Both the position numbers and the translations under genes were made by a program. This document shows, one piece after another, positions 27,365 through 37,770 of a DNA stretch of 64,000 nt; the first letter of the stretch is position 1, and every line of letters starts with the position of its first letter. The notes beneath the pieces were generated by a model. It saw only the letters and a list, made by a program, of their open reading frames with translations. It was not told the origin of the DNA and ran no database searches. The stretch covers positions 32,001 to 96,000 of the forward strand of contig OZ251219.1 in NCBI GenBank assembly GCA_965240465.1, given 5' to 3'. The stretch is from a bacterium. Lineage in GTDB: Bacteria; SAR324; JACQKK01.

Positions 27365-28465
27365 CTAACCACCATACATTAGTCTCTGACGCTTAAAATG
27401 ACGTAGTGTACCGCGTTCTCGTACATCACCAGCTTTAAGAATCACAGCATCAGTAGCACTCTTGCCATCTGGGCTGACCAGCGTACCTCCCACCGCTAAA
27501 CGCCAAGCAGGAATCACGGGTATCTGATATTCAACCCCATTAACTTCCAAAAGTAGCGGCGGCAAAACTTGCCCGCTAGCTTCGTCGTATATTTTCTTTC
27601 CCAAAGCCATAACCACGCCACTAGCAAGCACTGCACCTTCCTGTACAATCCCTGCCACTTCACACATGGCTCCAATCCGTACTTTGTTTTCAACTATGGT
27701 TGGCATGCGTCCTGAAGGCTCTAACACCCCTTCTAATCCTGTACCCGCACCCAATTTCACCCCCAGACCTACCTGAGTTGCAGAAGCCACCCGTACTCCC
27801 GTATCTACCATTACTCCGTCGCCGCCAATCCAAGCCCCTATGTTTATAAATGCCTGACTCATGACCACTGTCCCTGCCCCCAACCAAGCCCCCCGCCGTA
27901 CCACCGAACCAGGCAAATAACGAACCCCACCTTCACGAAAACGAGTAGCATCCCAGCATGCAGTCTTCAAAGGAATCTTGTCCCAATAGCCACCCTCCAT
28001 ACGGGTATTCTCATGAGTAGAAAAATAATTCAGTACCCCTTGCATCACCCATACTTGAGGTTGCCACTCCCCATCTACCTTCTCTGCACAACGAACCCGA
28101 CCATCATCCATTAAATCAATTAAATCTTCTGTATCCCCCGCCGAACCCTCAAGCTTATTCAACCTCTCCACCACTCCCTCACTCCCCTCTACCATCTCTA
28201 CTTGCACACCCTTAAAAATCTCTTCTGAAATCAACAAACTCGCTATCGCGTCCTCCTTTTCTAAACACCTCCGCTCAGCCGACCCCAAGTCACCCAATAG
28301 TGACCAATTCAAGCTACACTCTCCATCATCACCCTCCACTGATAGCAACGACAATATTCTTAACACCTCGCCATTATCACCCAAATTAGGCAACACCGCG
28401 TGCGTTTCATCACCGATTCTCAGACGCATTAACACAATCTGTTTCCAATTTTTAAACTTTGCCAT
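27365..28465 (-). CDS. dapD: Tetrahydrodipicolinate N-succinyltransferase with N-terminal extension
   Basis: G.VR.AE...W....W, DKIPLK, VRRGA, FINIGA, MVDT, GVLEP...PTIVE. Confidence 0.8.
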   Translation of the reverse strand: MAKFKNWKQIVLMRLRIGDETHAVLPNLGDNGEVLRILSLLSVEGDDGECSLNWSLLGDLGSAERRCLEKEDAIASLLISEEIFKGVQVEMVEGSEGVVERLNKLEGSAGDTEDLIDLMDDGRVRCAEKVDGEWQPQVWVMQGVLNYFSTHENTRMEGGYWDKIPLKTACWDATRFREGGVRYLPGSVVRRGAWLGAGTVVMSQAFINIGAWIGGDGVMVDTGVRVASATQVGLGVKLGAGTGLEGVLEPSGRMPTIVENKVRIGAMCEVAGIVQEGAVLASGVVMALGKKIYDEASGQVLPPLLLEVNGVEYQIPVIPAWRLAVGGTLVSPDGKSATDAVILKAGDVRERGTLRHFKRQRLMYGG

Positions 28466-28546
28466 TTAACTTTATGTACCTATTTTACTATCCAAAAGAA
28501 AGATTGAAATATTTCTTACAGAAACACTTTCCCTGCATGAAACTGT

Positions 28547-29434
28547 TTAGGCAATACCCATAAAAATAGTTTTTGAGCTGGGGGTAATTTGGAATTGGTG
28601 CTGAGGTGGGATTGCTTCGCCATCCAATTGGGCTGCCAAGGGAGTTTCTGAGTTGATAGTACAGTAATTTCCCAGTTGATATTGGGAAAATTTGGTAGTG
28701 TTTTGTTTGAGGGGTACAAAGATTTTCAGTAGCATAGCAGTAAGATGTCCTAAAGGGGCAGCTACAAATACCAATTGGGGTTTAAGCAATCCTGCTTGGG
28801 AATGGATAATAAAAGGACCGGCGTATCGTTTAGCACGGCAAGCTATCAACCAGACAGATTGTCGTTGTGGAGAAGGGGGGCTGGAAGGCTGGGCTGATTT
28901 TGTGTGAACCTGCCAAGAAAATGATATCTTGGGAGACAAAAATTCTCGTAAACCCTGCAAGACATAGCTACCCACTCCCAGCCATTGTTTTTGCCATCTC
29001 CTTGTAGCATGCACTACGCGGGCATCGTATCCGAAGCTAGCCATCAGTAAAAAGGCACGCCCGTTCAGGCTACCAGGACGCACCTTAATAACCCTCATAC
29101 GAGCAACGGCGGGAGCTATTTTTCGGGTCTGTAAGGGAATGTTTAGTTCTCGTGCCAGAACATTTGCTGTTCCTCCGGGCAAACATATCAGCGGAAGTTG
29201 ACGCCCCAGCAGTCCATTGGCAGCTTCATTGAATGAGCCATCTCCCCCCATCACCGCCACCCTGGTTACACCCCTGACCTGTTGTACCAACTCCCTCAAG
29301 TGCCCTGGATATTTGCTTTCCTGCACCCGAGTCTGAATCCCTTCCGCATGTAGTCCTCTCAAGATGGCTTCTAGACGTGCAGAAGAATACCTCCCCGCTT
29401 TTGGATTATACAGTACCGCCCAGTTCTCCATCAT
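28547..29434 (-). CDS. Diacylglycerol/lipid kinase family protein (YegS/BmrU-like)
   Basis: NPKAG, GGDGSFNE, LPGGTANV.AREL, QLDGE. Confidence 0.92.
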   Translation of the reverse strand: MMENWAVLYNPKAGRYSSARLEAILRGLHAEGIQTRVQESKYPGHLRELVQQVRGVTRVAVMGGDGSFNEAANGLLGRQLPLICLPGGTANVLARELNIPLQTRKIAPAVARMRVIKVRPGSLNGRAFLLMASFGYDARVVHATRRWQKQWLGVGSYVLQGLREFLSPKISFSWQVHTKSAQPSSPPSPQRQSVWLIACRAKRYAGPFIIHSQAGLLKPQLVFVAAPLGHLTAMLLKIFVPLKQNTTKFSQYQLGNYCTINSETPLAAQLDGEAIPPQHQFQITPSSKTIFMGIA

Positions 29435-29648
29435 TTCCCTAAAACTTAGTGATAGCCCTTACAAAACATACCCGTGCTCTTCGTAATTTATGGATATGTC
29501 TACTCAGACTTCTCAACCCTATTTAGCCTAGCATGTATCATTTAGTGCTGAATAATGGTAGAGTTCGCTTTACTTTCGGTTGCTTGTTCTAATTTTTTTG
29601 CTGTTTTTTGGTTTCTTTTTTTGGCAATTTCCGTTTTGCTATTTAATC

Positions 29649-30608
29649 ATGCCCGATGCTCTAGCATCTCAATTTGTTCAACCTAAGTATGCGTCTACTG
29701 TTGCCAAGGAACAGGCACGGGTTTTATTTTTGTGTCAGCAACAGATTGTGTTGGCCCTGGAAGGTATTGACGGAAGTCGTTTTAAGCAAGATTTTTGGCA
29801 ACGGAGTGGTAGCACAAGCGGGAGTGGTCTCAGTTGTGTGTTGGAGGAGGGGGAAATTTTTGAAAAGGGAGCCGTGTTGTTTTCATCTGTACAGGGTGAG
29901 AAGCTACCTAAGACAGCTTTAACAGGCTCAAGTGGACAGAGTACATTGGAAGAGAGTCCTTTTTTTGCGACTGGATTATCGTTGATTCTTCACCCTCACA
30001 ACCCTTATGTACCCGCGGTTCATCTGAATGTTCGTTACTTTGAGACAAGCAATTATTGGTGGTTTGGCGGAGGCATGGATCTAACTCCTTTTTATCCTTT
30101 CACCGAAGATTGCATTGAATTTCATCAGGCAGCCAAATGTGCCTGCGATAAATTTGATCCTAACTGGTATGCTCGTTTTAAGGCTTGGTGCGATGAATAT
30201 TTTTATCTTCCTCATCGCAAAGAATGCCGAGGAATAGGCGGTATTTTTTTTAATCATCTTCGTCCCCGTAGTCAGGAGCTGGGCTTAGAATTTTTACAGT
30301 CTGTCATCAAAGCATTTTTGCGTGCTTATCCTGCCATTGTGAAGAGGAGATCTCCCCTTTCTTATGGCCAGTGTGAACGCGATTTTCTGACATACCGTCG
30401 CGGGCGTTACGTGGAATTCAACCTTCTATATGACCAAGGTACTTTGTTTGGGCTACAATCTGATGGGCGAGTAGAATCAATCTTCATGTCCATGCCCCCG
30501 CAAGTCAGCTGGCGTTACAACTGGCAACCACCACCAAACAGCCCTGAGGCTAAACTCACCAAGCATTTTCTGCAGCCTCAGGACTGGGCTAATCAAAAAC
30601 TGCCCTAA
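29649..30608 (+). CDS. hemF: Oxygen-dependent coproporphyrinogen III oxidase
   Basis: HP.NPYVP.VH.NVRYF, WFGGGMDLTP, RGIGGIFF, RRGRYVEFNL.YD.GT.FGLQS; start reassigned to ATG 29649. Confidence 0.96.
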   Translation: MPDALASQFVQPKYASTVAKEQARVLFLCQQQIVLALEGIDGSRFKQDFWQRSGSTSGSGLSCVLEEGEIFEKGAVLFSSVQGEKLPKTALTGSSGQSTLEESPFFATGLSLILHPHNPYVPAVHLNVRYFETSNYWWFGGGMDLTPFYPFTEDCIEFHQAAKCACDKFDPNWYARFKAWCDEYFYLPHRKECRGIGGIFFNHLRPRSQELGLEFLQSVIKAFLRAYPAIVKRRSPLSYGQCERDFLTYRRGRYVEFNLLYDQGTLFGLQSDGRVESIFMSMPPQVSWRYNWQPPPNSPEAKLTKHFLQPQDWANQKLP

Positions 30609-30863
30609 TATTCTGAACCTTTTTTGTGCAAACATTGCTCTTAGAACACCTTAAAACGAATTATAAATGTCTTTTTATAACAATGTATTATGAAATAAAA
30701 TTTTGGAAAGCAGTGAATTTATATGGACGGCTTGCAAATTTCTTGTATCATGCTGGTGATGGCGGAGAGGTGCGACTTTGTTTCACCCTTTGTTTGCCAT
30801 GTGATACGAATCCATGGGCTAAAAGCTGAGTAATTGTAAGTTATCATTTAGAATTGAAGATTG

Positions 30864-30928
30864 AAAAGTATCGGATCCTGGGCTCCCCCCTTCCCCCCCA
30901 ATCCCGCCCAGGGTCCGGTATTACTTTT
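30864..30928 (+). ncRNA. Candidate structured RNA: 15-bp stem with a 22-nt C-rich loop
   Basis: TATCGGATCCTGGGC (30869-83) pairs with GCCCAGGGTCCGGTA (30906-20) using two G-U pairs; outer AAAAG/CTTTT; TAGAAT at 30849. Confidence 0.4.
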
Positions 30929-31177
30929 GGGTTCAGTTGTTGCGGGTGAGGATGCCTTTCCCGTGTATTTGTCGGGCGGTACTTTGTAGCCTCAGCAGTT
31001 CTTCTCGGTCTATTGTCGAAGGGGTGGAATCTGTGCTAGGGTGAGTGCTCTAGAAGTTTGCTTTAAAAATTGCCGTATTATTTGCCCTGTCCCTGTCCCA
31101 TGTGTTAGTCACTCCAAGGAGTTCAGCAGTTTTGGTAAGCTTAATATGCTTTAAGTCCTAACGTTTGTTACCGCCGC

Positions 31178-32266
31178 TTGGATTCCTCAGTAAGAAAAAT
31201 TAGTCGCATGAAACAACACATGTCCTATCGCCAGTCTGTCTTGATTAGAACAGGATTGTTTACGGTGCTGTTAGCAGCTTTCGCTATTTGGGCGTACAAA
31301 GACGCACACTTTCTAAATACAACCCCATTAACGTCTCTGCCTCTCGCAGGTAGCAAATCTCTTAAGCTGGATGGCAACCCTTTCTCTTTGGAATCTCTCC
31401 ATAATCGTCTGCCTAAGAGCGGTTTGGACAGAGTATCTGCCAACATTCAGTATTTTTCAGGCAGGCAGCAGGGACGCATGACCCGAGGCTTAGCACGTTC
31501 CAATCGCTACATGACGCAGTATCGTAGCATTTTCCAGCAACAAGGCATCCCCGTAGAACTAACTTACCTGCCCTTGATAGAAAGCGGTTTTATGGAAACT
31601 GCCGTATCGCCAGCACAGGCAGTAGGAATGTGGCAATTTATTGCTTCTACCGGCAAAATCTTTAACTTGCACGCCAATCAATGGAGCGATAGCCGCCGTG
31701 ACCCCATCAAGAGTGCACACGCAGCAGCACGCTATCTGAAGCAATTGCATAAGCGCTTTGACAACTGGGAACTGGCACTTGCTGCCTACAATGCAGGTGC
31801 AAGAACAGTTCAAACGTCTATACGCCGCAATAAAAGAGAGGGAAAACCTACTGATTTTTGGCACCTAGATCTACCACAAGAAACCCAAAACTATGTACCC
31901 GCTTTTCTGGCTGCGGTAATCATCTCAAAAAATCCACCTGCCTATGGGCTTAACATCCGCTTTGAACCACAACTACAATTTGACATAATCCAAACCGGCC
32001 CTGGAATTCCTCTCGGACCATTGGCAAAAGTACTTGATATATCCTTAAAAACTTTGCGTGAACTTAACCCCCAATTACTTCAAGACACCGTCCCCCCAAA
32101 ATCCCTCCCCGAAAATGAAAGCTACTCGCTTCGCATTCCAAAAGGAAAAACACCCTACCTCTTAAAAAAACTCAATGCCGAATATCAATCATCATGGGTA
32201 CTCCATTACGACAATTCCAAAACCGAGTTCCCGATAAATCAGTTTGTAGTACTCAGCTCACAATAA
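31178..32266 (+). CDS. Lytic murein transglycosylase (MltD-like SLT domain, LysM-like C-terminus)
   Basis: LPLIESG, AVGMWQFI, ALAAYNAG, LPQETQNYVP, LRELNP. Real start may be ATG 31208. Confidence 0.9.
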   Translation: MDSSVRKISRMKQHMSYRQSVLIRTGLFTVLLAAFAIWAYKDAHFLNTTPLTSLPLAGSKSLKLDGNPFSLESLHNRLPKSGLDRVSANIQYFSGRQQGRMTRGLARSNRYMTQYRSIFQQQGIPVELTYLPLIESGFMETAVSPAQAVGMWQFIASTGKIFNLHANQWSDSRRDPIKSAHAAARYLKQLHKRFDNWELALAAYNAGARTVQTSIRRNKREGKPTDFWHLDLPQETQNYVPAFLAAVIISKNPPAYGLNIRFEPQLQFDIIQTGPGIPLGPLAKVLDISLKTLRELNPQLLQDTVPPKSLPENESYSLRIPKGKTPYLLKKLNAEYQSSWVLHYDNSKTEFPINQFVVLSSQ

Positions 32267-32303
32267 TAATCCCTCTTCTTTTCCAGAAATCAATGCAACG
32301 CTA

Positions 32304-33338
32304 ATGGCACAATACTTCATCAAAAGGCTACTGATAATTGCACCTACTTTCATTGGTATTTCCTTGATGACTTTCTTAGTAGTCAACCTCGCACCAGGAG
32401 GACCCATTGAGCAAACACTACGAGAAATTCGTTTTGGCAGTGCCGGAATCGGACAAGCAGGCGATACCAACAACATTGCTAATCAAGGTGTTTCTCAGGA
32501 AGTAATTGAACAGCTAAAAAAGCAATACGGTTTTGATAAACCTCTCATAGTCCGTTATTTAATATGGATCTCTAGCCTCGTTAGGCTGGATTTCGGCGAC
32601 TCATTCATTCATGATGAGTCAGTCATAAGCGTGGTTAGAAGCAAGTTTCCTGTATCTCTGATGTTTGGCGTTACTTCACTGATACTCACTTATTTGATAT
32701 GTATCCCACTAGGAGTAATTAAAGCTGTCCGCGATGGTAGCTGGTTTGATTCATCTTCTTCCGTCCTAGTTTTTGTCGGTTACGCCACTCCCTCCCTAAT
32801 GCTGGGCATCTTACTGATCGTACTATTTGGCGGTGGAACCTTCTTCAACTGGTTTCCCATCTCGGGGACCGTGTCAGACCTACACGATATCTTATCCCTC
32901 CCAGAACGCATCTGGGACCGTATCCACCATTCTATCCTGCCCCTAATAAGCTATCTAGCAGGCAATTTCGCTGCCCTTACCCTGTTGATGAAAAACTCCT
33001 ACCTTGAAGAAATCCAAAAACCGTATGTTATGACAGCTCGTTCAAAAGGACTCAGCGAAGTGGTCATTCGCTACCGTCATGCTCTTAGAAATGCACTTAT
33101 TCCCATTGTAACCGGGCTGGGAGGCTTTCTGGGGGTTTTCTTTGTAGGCAATTTGTTCATTGAGCAAATTTTTAGCCTAGACGGAATAGGCTTGCTGTTT
33201 TACAGTTCACTATTGGCACGCGACTACCCTGTTGTCCTGGGAATCTTGAGCATGACAAGCATAATACTGCTAATTGGAAATGTAATTAGTGACTTCTTTT
33301 ATACTCTAGTTGACCCCCGCATTGATTTTAACAAATAG
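32304..33338 (+). CDS. Peptide ABC transporter permease (YejB/OppB-like)
   Basis: APGGPIEQ, YGFDKP, DFGDS, TARSKGL, HALRNALIP, RDYPVV, DPRIDF. Confidence 0.93.
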   Translation: MAQYFIKRLLIIAPTFIGISLMTFLVVNLAPGGPIEQTLREIRFGSAGIGQAGDTNNIANQGVSQEVIEQLKKQYGFDKPLIVRYLIWISSLVRLDFGDSFIHDESVISVVRSKFPVSLMFGVTSLILTYLICIPLGVIKAVRDGSWFDSSSSVLVFVGYATPSLMLGILLIVLFGGGTFFNWFPISGTVSDLHDILSLPERIWDRIHHSILPLISYLAGNFAALTLLMKNSYLEEIQKPYVMTARSKGLSEVVIRYRHALRNALIPIVTGLGGFLGVFFVGNLFIEQIFSLDGIGLLFYSSLLARDYPVVLGILSMTSIILLIGNVISDFFYTLVDPRIDFNK

Positions 33339-33385
33339 AATTTCTGTATTATTTGTCCCGACCGTATCTTATAAGATTGCATGCT

Positions 33386-34420
33386 ATGGCTTTTAAGCTA
33401 AACCCCCTCACTCTTGCACATATCACCGCTTTTCGTAAGCGAAAGCTTTCTTGGTATTCCCTGATCGCGATTATAGCCATATTTTCATTATCTTTGGGGG
33501 CTGAATTGTTAGTGAATAACCGCCCTGTGGTGATGAATTGGCAAAGCAAATTGTATTTTCCCGTTTTCAAGCAATACAACCCCGATGAGTTTGGACAAGA
33601 AGGAACATTTGTAACCGATTATCGCGAGATTCCATTCTCTGAAGAAGATTGGGCGATTTGGCCGTTGGTACGCTGGGGACCCCTTGAATCTGATCTCAGT
33701 TTGGAATTTTTCCCTTCTCCGCCCAGTAGTAAGCACTTGCTTGGCGTAGATGACAAAGGTCGCGATTTGCTGGCCCGTCTGTTGTATGGATTTCGCATTG
33801 CCATGACATTTGCCCTGGGAGTGTGGTTGATGTCGTTTTCCATTGGCATGTTTGCTGGAGCTGTGCAGGGTTACTTTGGTGGACGAGTAGATTTCTACGG
33901 CCAACGATTATCTGAAATTTGGAGTTCAGTACCTACATTTTTTCTCCTGATCACTATCAGTTCAATCTTTACCCCTAATGTTTTTATTCTAGCCGTGTTG
34001 TTTGCCATTTTTGGCTGGACGGTCATTGCCCAATATCAACGGGCTGAGTTTCTAAATCTCCGCCGCCGCGAGTTCATAGAAGCAGCTCGCGTGGCTGGTG
34101 CAAGCCCCTGGCGAATAATATGGAGACACGTAATGCCTAATGCCATTACTCCAATTGTTACATTCACACCCTTCGCCATAGCTGGCGGAATTACCGGTAT
34201 CGCTGCTCTAGACTACCTAGGTTTCGGACTTCAACCTCCTGCTCCCAGTTGGGGCGAATTACTACGCCAAGCCCTACAACATTTTTCCACTGCCTGGTGG
34301 ATTTCCGTCTATACCGTTGGATGCATGTTCGGCGTGTTATTGCTACTTGTCTTTATCAACGAAGGTGCCCGTGAAGCATTTGACCCCCGGAAGCTTTATC
34401 ACGACAGCAATTCTTCTTAA
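33386..34420 (+). CDS. Peptide ABC transporter permease (YejE/OppC-like)
   Basis: LGVDDKGRD.LARL.YGFR, QGYFGG, EAAR..GA, LDYLGFGL, SWGELL.Q, AFDPR. Confidence 0.93.
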   Translation: MAFKLNPLTLAHITAFRKRKLSWYSLIAIIAIFSLSLGAELLVNNRPVVMNWQSKLYFPVFKQYNPDEFGQEGTFVTDYREIPFSEEDWAIWPLVRWGPLESDLSLEFFPSPPSSKHLLGVDDKGRDLLARLLYGFRIAMTFALGVWLMSFSIGMFAGAVQGYFGGRVDFYGQRLSEIWSSVPTFFLLITISSIFTPNVFILAVLFAIFGWTVIAQYQRAEFLNLRRREFIEAARVAGASPWRIIWRHVMPNAITPIVTFTPFAIAGGITGIAALDYLGFGLQPPAPSWGELLRQALQHFSTAWWISVYTVGCMFGVLLLLVFINEGAREAFDPRKLYHDSNSS

Positions 34421-34438
34421 AGCCCCCTGTTAGACCCA

Positions 34439-36364
34439 CTAAGACCTGCTACTAGCATGCGAGCGATCATCGGTGTGAGCCTCATGCCACGACTGATACG
34501 CCGCCTGCACCACTTGCTCCACCGTCAAACCTGCCTCACGCATTTGTTCTTCCAATCCGCCAAAGGGTATAAATCTATCTGGCAACCCCATGACCCTAAC
34601 GGGACGCTGGATATTCTCCCTTGCAAACAGTGCTAAAAGGGACTCACCAAAGCCCCCTTGAACAGTATTGTACTCTATGGTCAATACGGCTGCTGCTTGT
34701 TTTGCTTGAGCAAGTAGCATACCCTCATCCAAGGGTTTGATAAAGCGTGCATTCACAACCGAACAGGGAATATCTAATTCCTTAGCAACTTGACAGGCTG
34801 TACTAACTGTGGCCCCTATGCCTATCAGTAACAAGCAACCCCGCTGAGATTTTTGTAGCAGTTCTGCCTCACCAATGGGAATGGGAGTAAGTGTGGAAGG
34901 TAGAGACATGGCCAGAGTTTCGCCTCTAGGATAACGCATGGCAATGGGTCCCTGATTGTAACGGTGGGCAGAGAGCATCATGCGACGCATTTCCTGTTCG
35001 TTGCGAGGGGCCATGTGGACAAAATTAGGGATGAGGCGAAGATAACTGAGATCAAACACGCCATGATGAGTAGGTCCGTCAGAACCGACCAAGCCACCTC
35101 TATCCATCATGATACGCACCGGCAATTTTTGCAGGGCGATATCATGAATCAGCTGATCAAAGGCTCGCTGTGAGAAAGTAGAATAAATTGTAACGAACGG
35201 CTTCAGACCGCCGATGCTCATACCCGCTGCACTACAATAGGCATTAGATTCTGCGATTCCCACGTCTATCACCCGCTGAGGATACTTTTCAGCAACCTTG
35301 CCGAGCCCTGTGTTACTGAGCATGGCAGCTGTAATGGCTACTACTTTAGGGTCTTCATCCATAATAGCAAGCATGCCTTCTGTATAAATGTTGGTCCATG
35401 TCTTAGTAGCAGGGGTAGAAATAATAGGCATGTTCTTGGTTTGTTTCTGAGGAGAAACTGCGTGAGACGCGAAGGTATTTTCCACTTTTTTACCCAATCC
35501 CTTCCCCTTAACAGTTTGTACATGCAAAACCACCGTTTCAGGTAACTTCTTTACATGCCCTATAATCTCTATCAAGGCCTCAAGATTGTGTCCGTCCACA
35601 GGGCCAAAATAATGCAGTCCCATAGATTCAAACCACGCTGCTTTATCGCTAGCGTAATCTTTTACAGAGCGTTCTATGTGTTTAAGGCTTTTTAATATCT
35701 CCTCACCAAATGGAGCTTTCTTACCAAATCTTTTTATTTCCTTGCGTAGCAAATTATATGAATTAGAGATAGTAATGCGAGTAACAGTTCTGGCACAAAA
35801 TCCTACATTGCTGTCAATGCTCATTCCATTATCATTGAAAATAACCAGTAGTTTGGGCTTGAGAGCCCCAGCTAGATGCAAAGCTTCATATGCCAATCCT
35901 CCCGTCATGGCACCATCACCAATTACAGCCATCACGTGATGGTTTTGCTTCCTTAGGTCGCGCGCAATGGCCATCCCCAAGGCTGCCGAGATAGAAGTAG
36001 AAGCATGTCCCGCACCCATGTGATCGTAGGGACTTTCGCTACGCTCCAAAAACTTGCACATGCCTCCCCATTGACCATAGCGATGAAAACGATTGGCACG
36101 ACCTGTCAGCAATTTATACACATGCCCCTGATGCCCAACATCCCAAGCGATACGGTCTTGCAGGAAATCAAAGTGGCGAAACAATGATAGTGTCAATTCT
36201 ACCACACCCAAGGATGCCCCCAAGTGCCCGCCAGTCTTGTGAATAGCGTCTATCAAAAACGCGCGAGCCTCTATCACCAAAGGTCTTAATTCCTCTGAGG
36301 TCATCTGGCGCAAATTTGCAGGATCACTAAAGCTAGCGAGATGGGGGTAGATTTGTTCATCCAT
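34439..36364 (-). CDS. dxs: 1-deoxy-D-xylulose-5-phosphate synthase
   Basis: GGHLGASLG.VEL, WDVGHQ, GHASTSISA, GDGAMTGG, DVGIAE, IYSTF.QRAFDQ, DGPTHHG. Confidence 0.97.
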   Translation of the reverse strand: MDEQIYPHLASFSDPANLRQMTSEELRPLVIEARAFLIDAIHKTGGHLGASLGVVELTLSLFRHFDFLQDRIAWDVGHQGHVYKLLTGRANRFHRYGQWGGMCKFLERSESPYDHMGAGHASTSISAALGMAIARDLRKQNHHVMAVIGDGAMTGGLAYEALHLAGALKPKLLVIFNDNGMSIDSNVGFCARTVTRITISNSYNLLRKEIKRFGKKAPFGEEILKSLKHIERSVKDYASDKAAWFESMGLHYFGPVDGHNLEALIEIIGHVKKLPETVVLHVQTVKGKGLGKKVENTFASHAVSPQKQTKNMPIISTPATKTWTNIYTEGMLAIMDEDPKVVAITAAMLSNTGLGKVAEKYPQRVIDVGIAESNAYCSAAGMSIGGLKPFVTIYSTFSQRAFDQLIHDIALQKLPVRIMMDRGGLVGSDGPTHHGVFDLSYLRLIPNFVHMAPRNEQEMRRMMLSAHRYNQGPIAMRYPRGETLAMSLPSTLTPIPIGEAELLQKSQRGCLLLIGIGATVSTACQVAKELDIPCSVVNARFIKPLDEGMLLAQAKQAAAVLTIEYNTVQGGFGESLLALFARENIQRPVRVMGLPDRFIPFGGLEEQMREAGLTVEQVVQAAYQSWHEAHTDDRSHASSRS

Positions 36365-36703
36365 CAGCGATTTTATCCTAGTACAAGGCTGTACTTATTT
36401 AGACCAGCTGAGGACATATCTTGTACTTTCATCATGTCTGCATATTTGAGTTATTTTTCTAGAATATGGTCAGTGTGTTTAATTGTATCATTACTGTGGT
36501 GAGTTCAACCCTGCATGAATACCATACATAACAGTAATTCACCCATAGTTTATAACTCTAAAAAATCATGTTCTTGATGAATTTATCAAAGCGATACACT
36601 TCAAATTTTATGTTGTCCATTCATCCTTGTGGCCAGGGTCAAGAGCAACAACCTAGCATGCATTTAATTTAATTTTTGCAACAAAATTACGAAATACAAA
36701 GGT

Positions 36704-37618
36704 ATGAATCAGTTGGAGAATTTGGACAGTATTGCCCATTTGGTTGCTATGTTCTTGCACACCGAGGACGGTCTTTGGGATGTGTTACTCCACACACCTG
36801 AACAATCACAAAAATTACGGATGCTACACAGCTTTCAAGACCGCAATCATAAATTGTGCTTACCCCAAAAACCTCACGAAAAAAAATTATTAAGTTGTAT
36901 TACAGAAACGGAGCGGCCATGGGTCATAGACTCAATAGAACGTATCCGCGTTGCTCCTCCATTGTGGGTGAGCATCATTGCCCATCCCGAACCATATTTG
37001 TTCTCCCGTGCCGCTAAGGGGGATGCCGTAGCTGAGCACGCCTTTACAGACTTATTGCAGCACGATGATCTGCGTCCTGCTTATCAACTAAACCATGTAT
37101 GGTCGGTATTGATACCACTACTGAAACTATTACTGAAGCCAATGCTGAGAAGCAAACTTAAGCCAAGATTGAACTCCTTGCTAAGAGCTGATAGCACCAC
37201 TGGAATTTGGGTTCATCCCCAAGCTGTAGTGCATGCCAGTAGTCATGGTGGAATTGGTGTGCAAGTGGAACAAGGGGCATCAGTAGCTGCTAATGTGCGT
37301 TTGGATGGAGCAACCATTCTAGAACAGCACTGTCTTCCCCCTTCTTTGCTAGGACGAGAAACAACAGTAGGAGAGAATGTCCGTCTGCATGCCATCGTGG
37401 AAACAGGGGCTCGCATAAACCCTGGCATTGCCATTGGTCCTGGTAGCAATCTGATTCTTGAACACCATTCAAATGTTCACAAAAGTATCACCAGCTACTG
37501 CAATTTGCCGTGTATTCCCGCATACCATCACGCCTTTCAGGCATTTCCCCCGCTTAACGAGGGTGGATTCCACAGTCGTGTATTAGTAAAACCCTTGGCT
37601 AGCCAACAAATTTCTTAA
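36704..37618 (+). CDS. Hypothetical protein with a degenerate CysE-like left-handed beta-helix C-terminus
   Basis: TGIWVHPQAVV...GIGVQVEQGASV..NVRL...TTVGENVRL resembles serine acetyltransferase hexapeptide repeats. Confidence 0.5.
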   Translation: MNQLENLDSIAHLVAMFLHTEDGLWDVLLHTPEQSQKLRMLHSFQDRNHKLCLPQKPHEKKLLSCITETERPWVIDSIERIRVAPPLWVSIIAHPEPYLFSRAAKGDAVAEHAFTDLLQHDDLRPAYQLNHVWSVLIPLLKLLLKPMLRSKLKPRLNSLLRADSTTGIWVHPQAVVHASSHGGIGVQVEQGASVAANVRLDGATILEQHCLPPSLLGRETTVGENVRLHAIVETGARINPGIAIGPGSNLILEHHSNVHKSITSYCNLPCIPAYHHAFQAFPPLNEGGFHSRVLVKPLASQQIS

Positions 37619-37712
37619 CCTACCACCGTAAAACAATGTCCTGGAAAATATAAAAAATCCTTTATTATCATAATGATAGCCCAATTTTTGCTTTTCAAAT
37701 GATAGGAAAGAC

Positions 37713-37742
37713 TTGACATATAGAGTAATGGCTTGTTATTAT
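37713..37742 (+). promoter_or_regulatory. Sigma70-type promoter
   Basis: TTGACA (37713-18), 18-nt spacer, TATTAT (37737-42), with an extended TG. Confidence 0.7.
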
Positions 37743-37743
37743 G

Positions 37744-37770
37744 TTAGCAGTTAGTCATTTATAGTGCTAA
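37744..37770. promoter_or_regulatory. CIRCE element (HrcA operator)
   Basis: TTAGCAGTT-N9-TAGTGCTAA, 15/18 match to TTAGCACTC-N9-GAGTGCTAA, directly after the -10 box. Confidence 0.7.

Noticed and set aside
36574-36589. FNR box
   Set aside because: TTGAT and ATCAA are separated by 6 nt, not 4; kept only as an unassigned palindrome.
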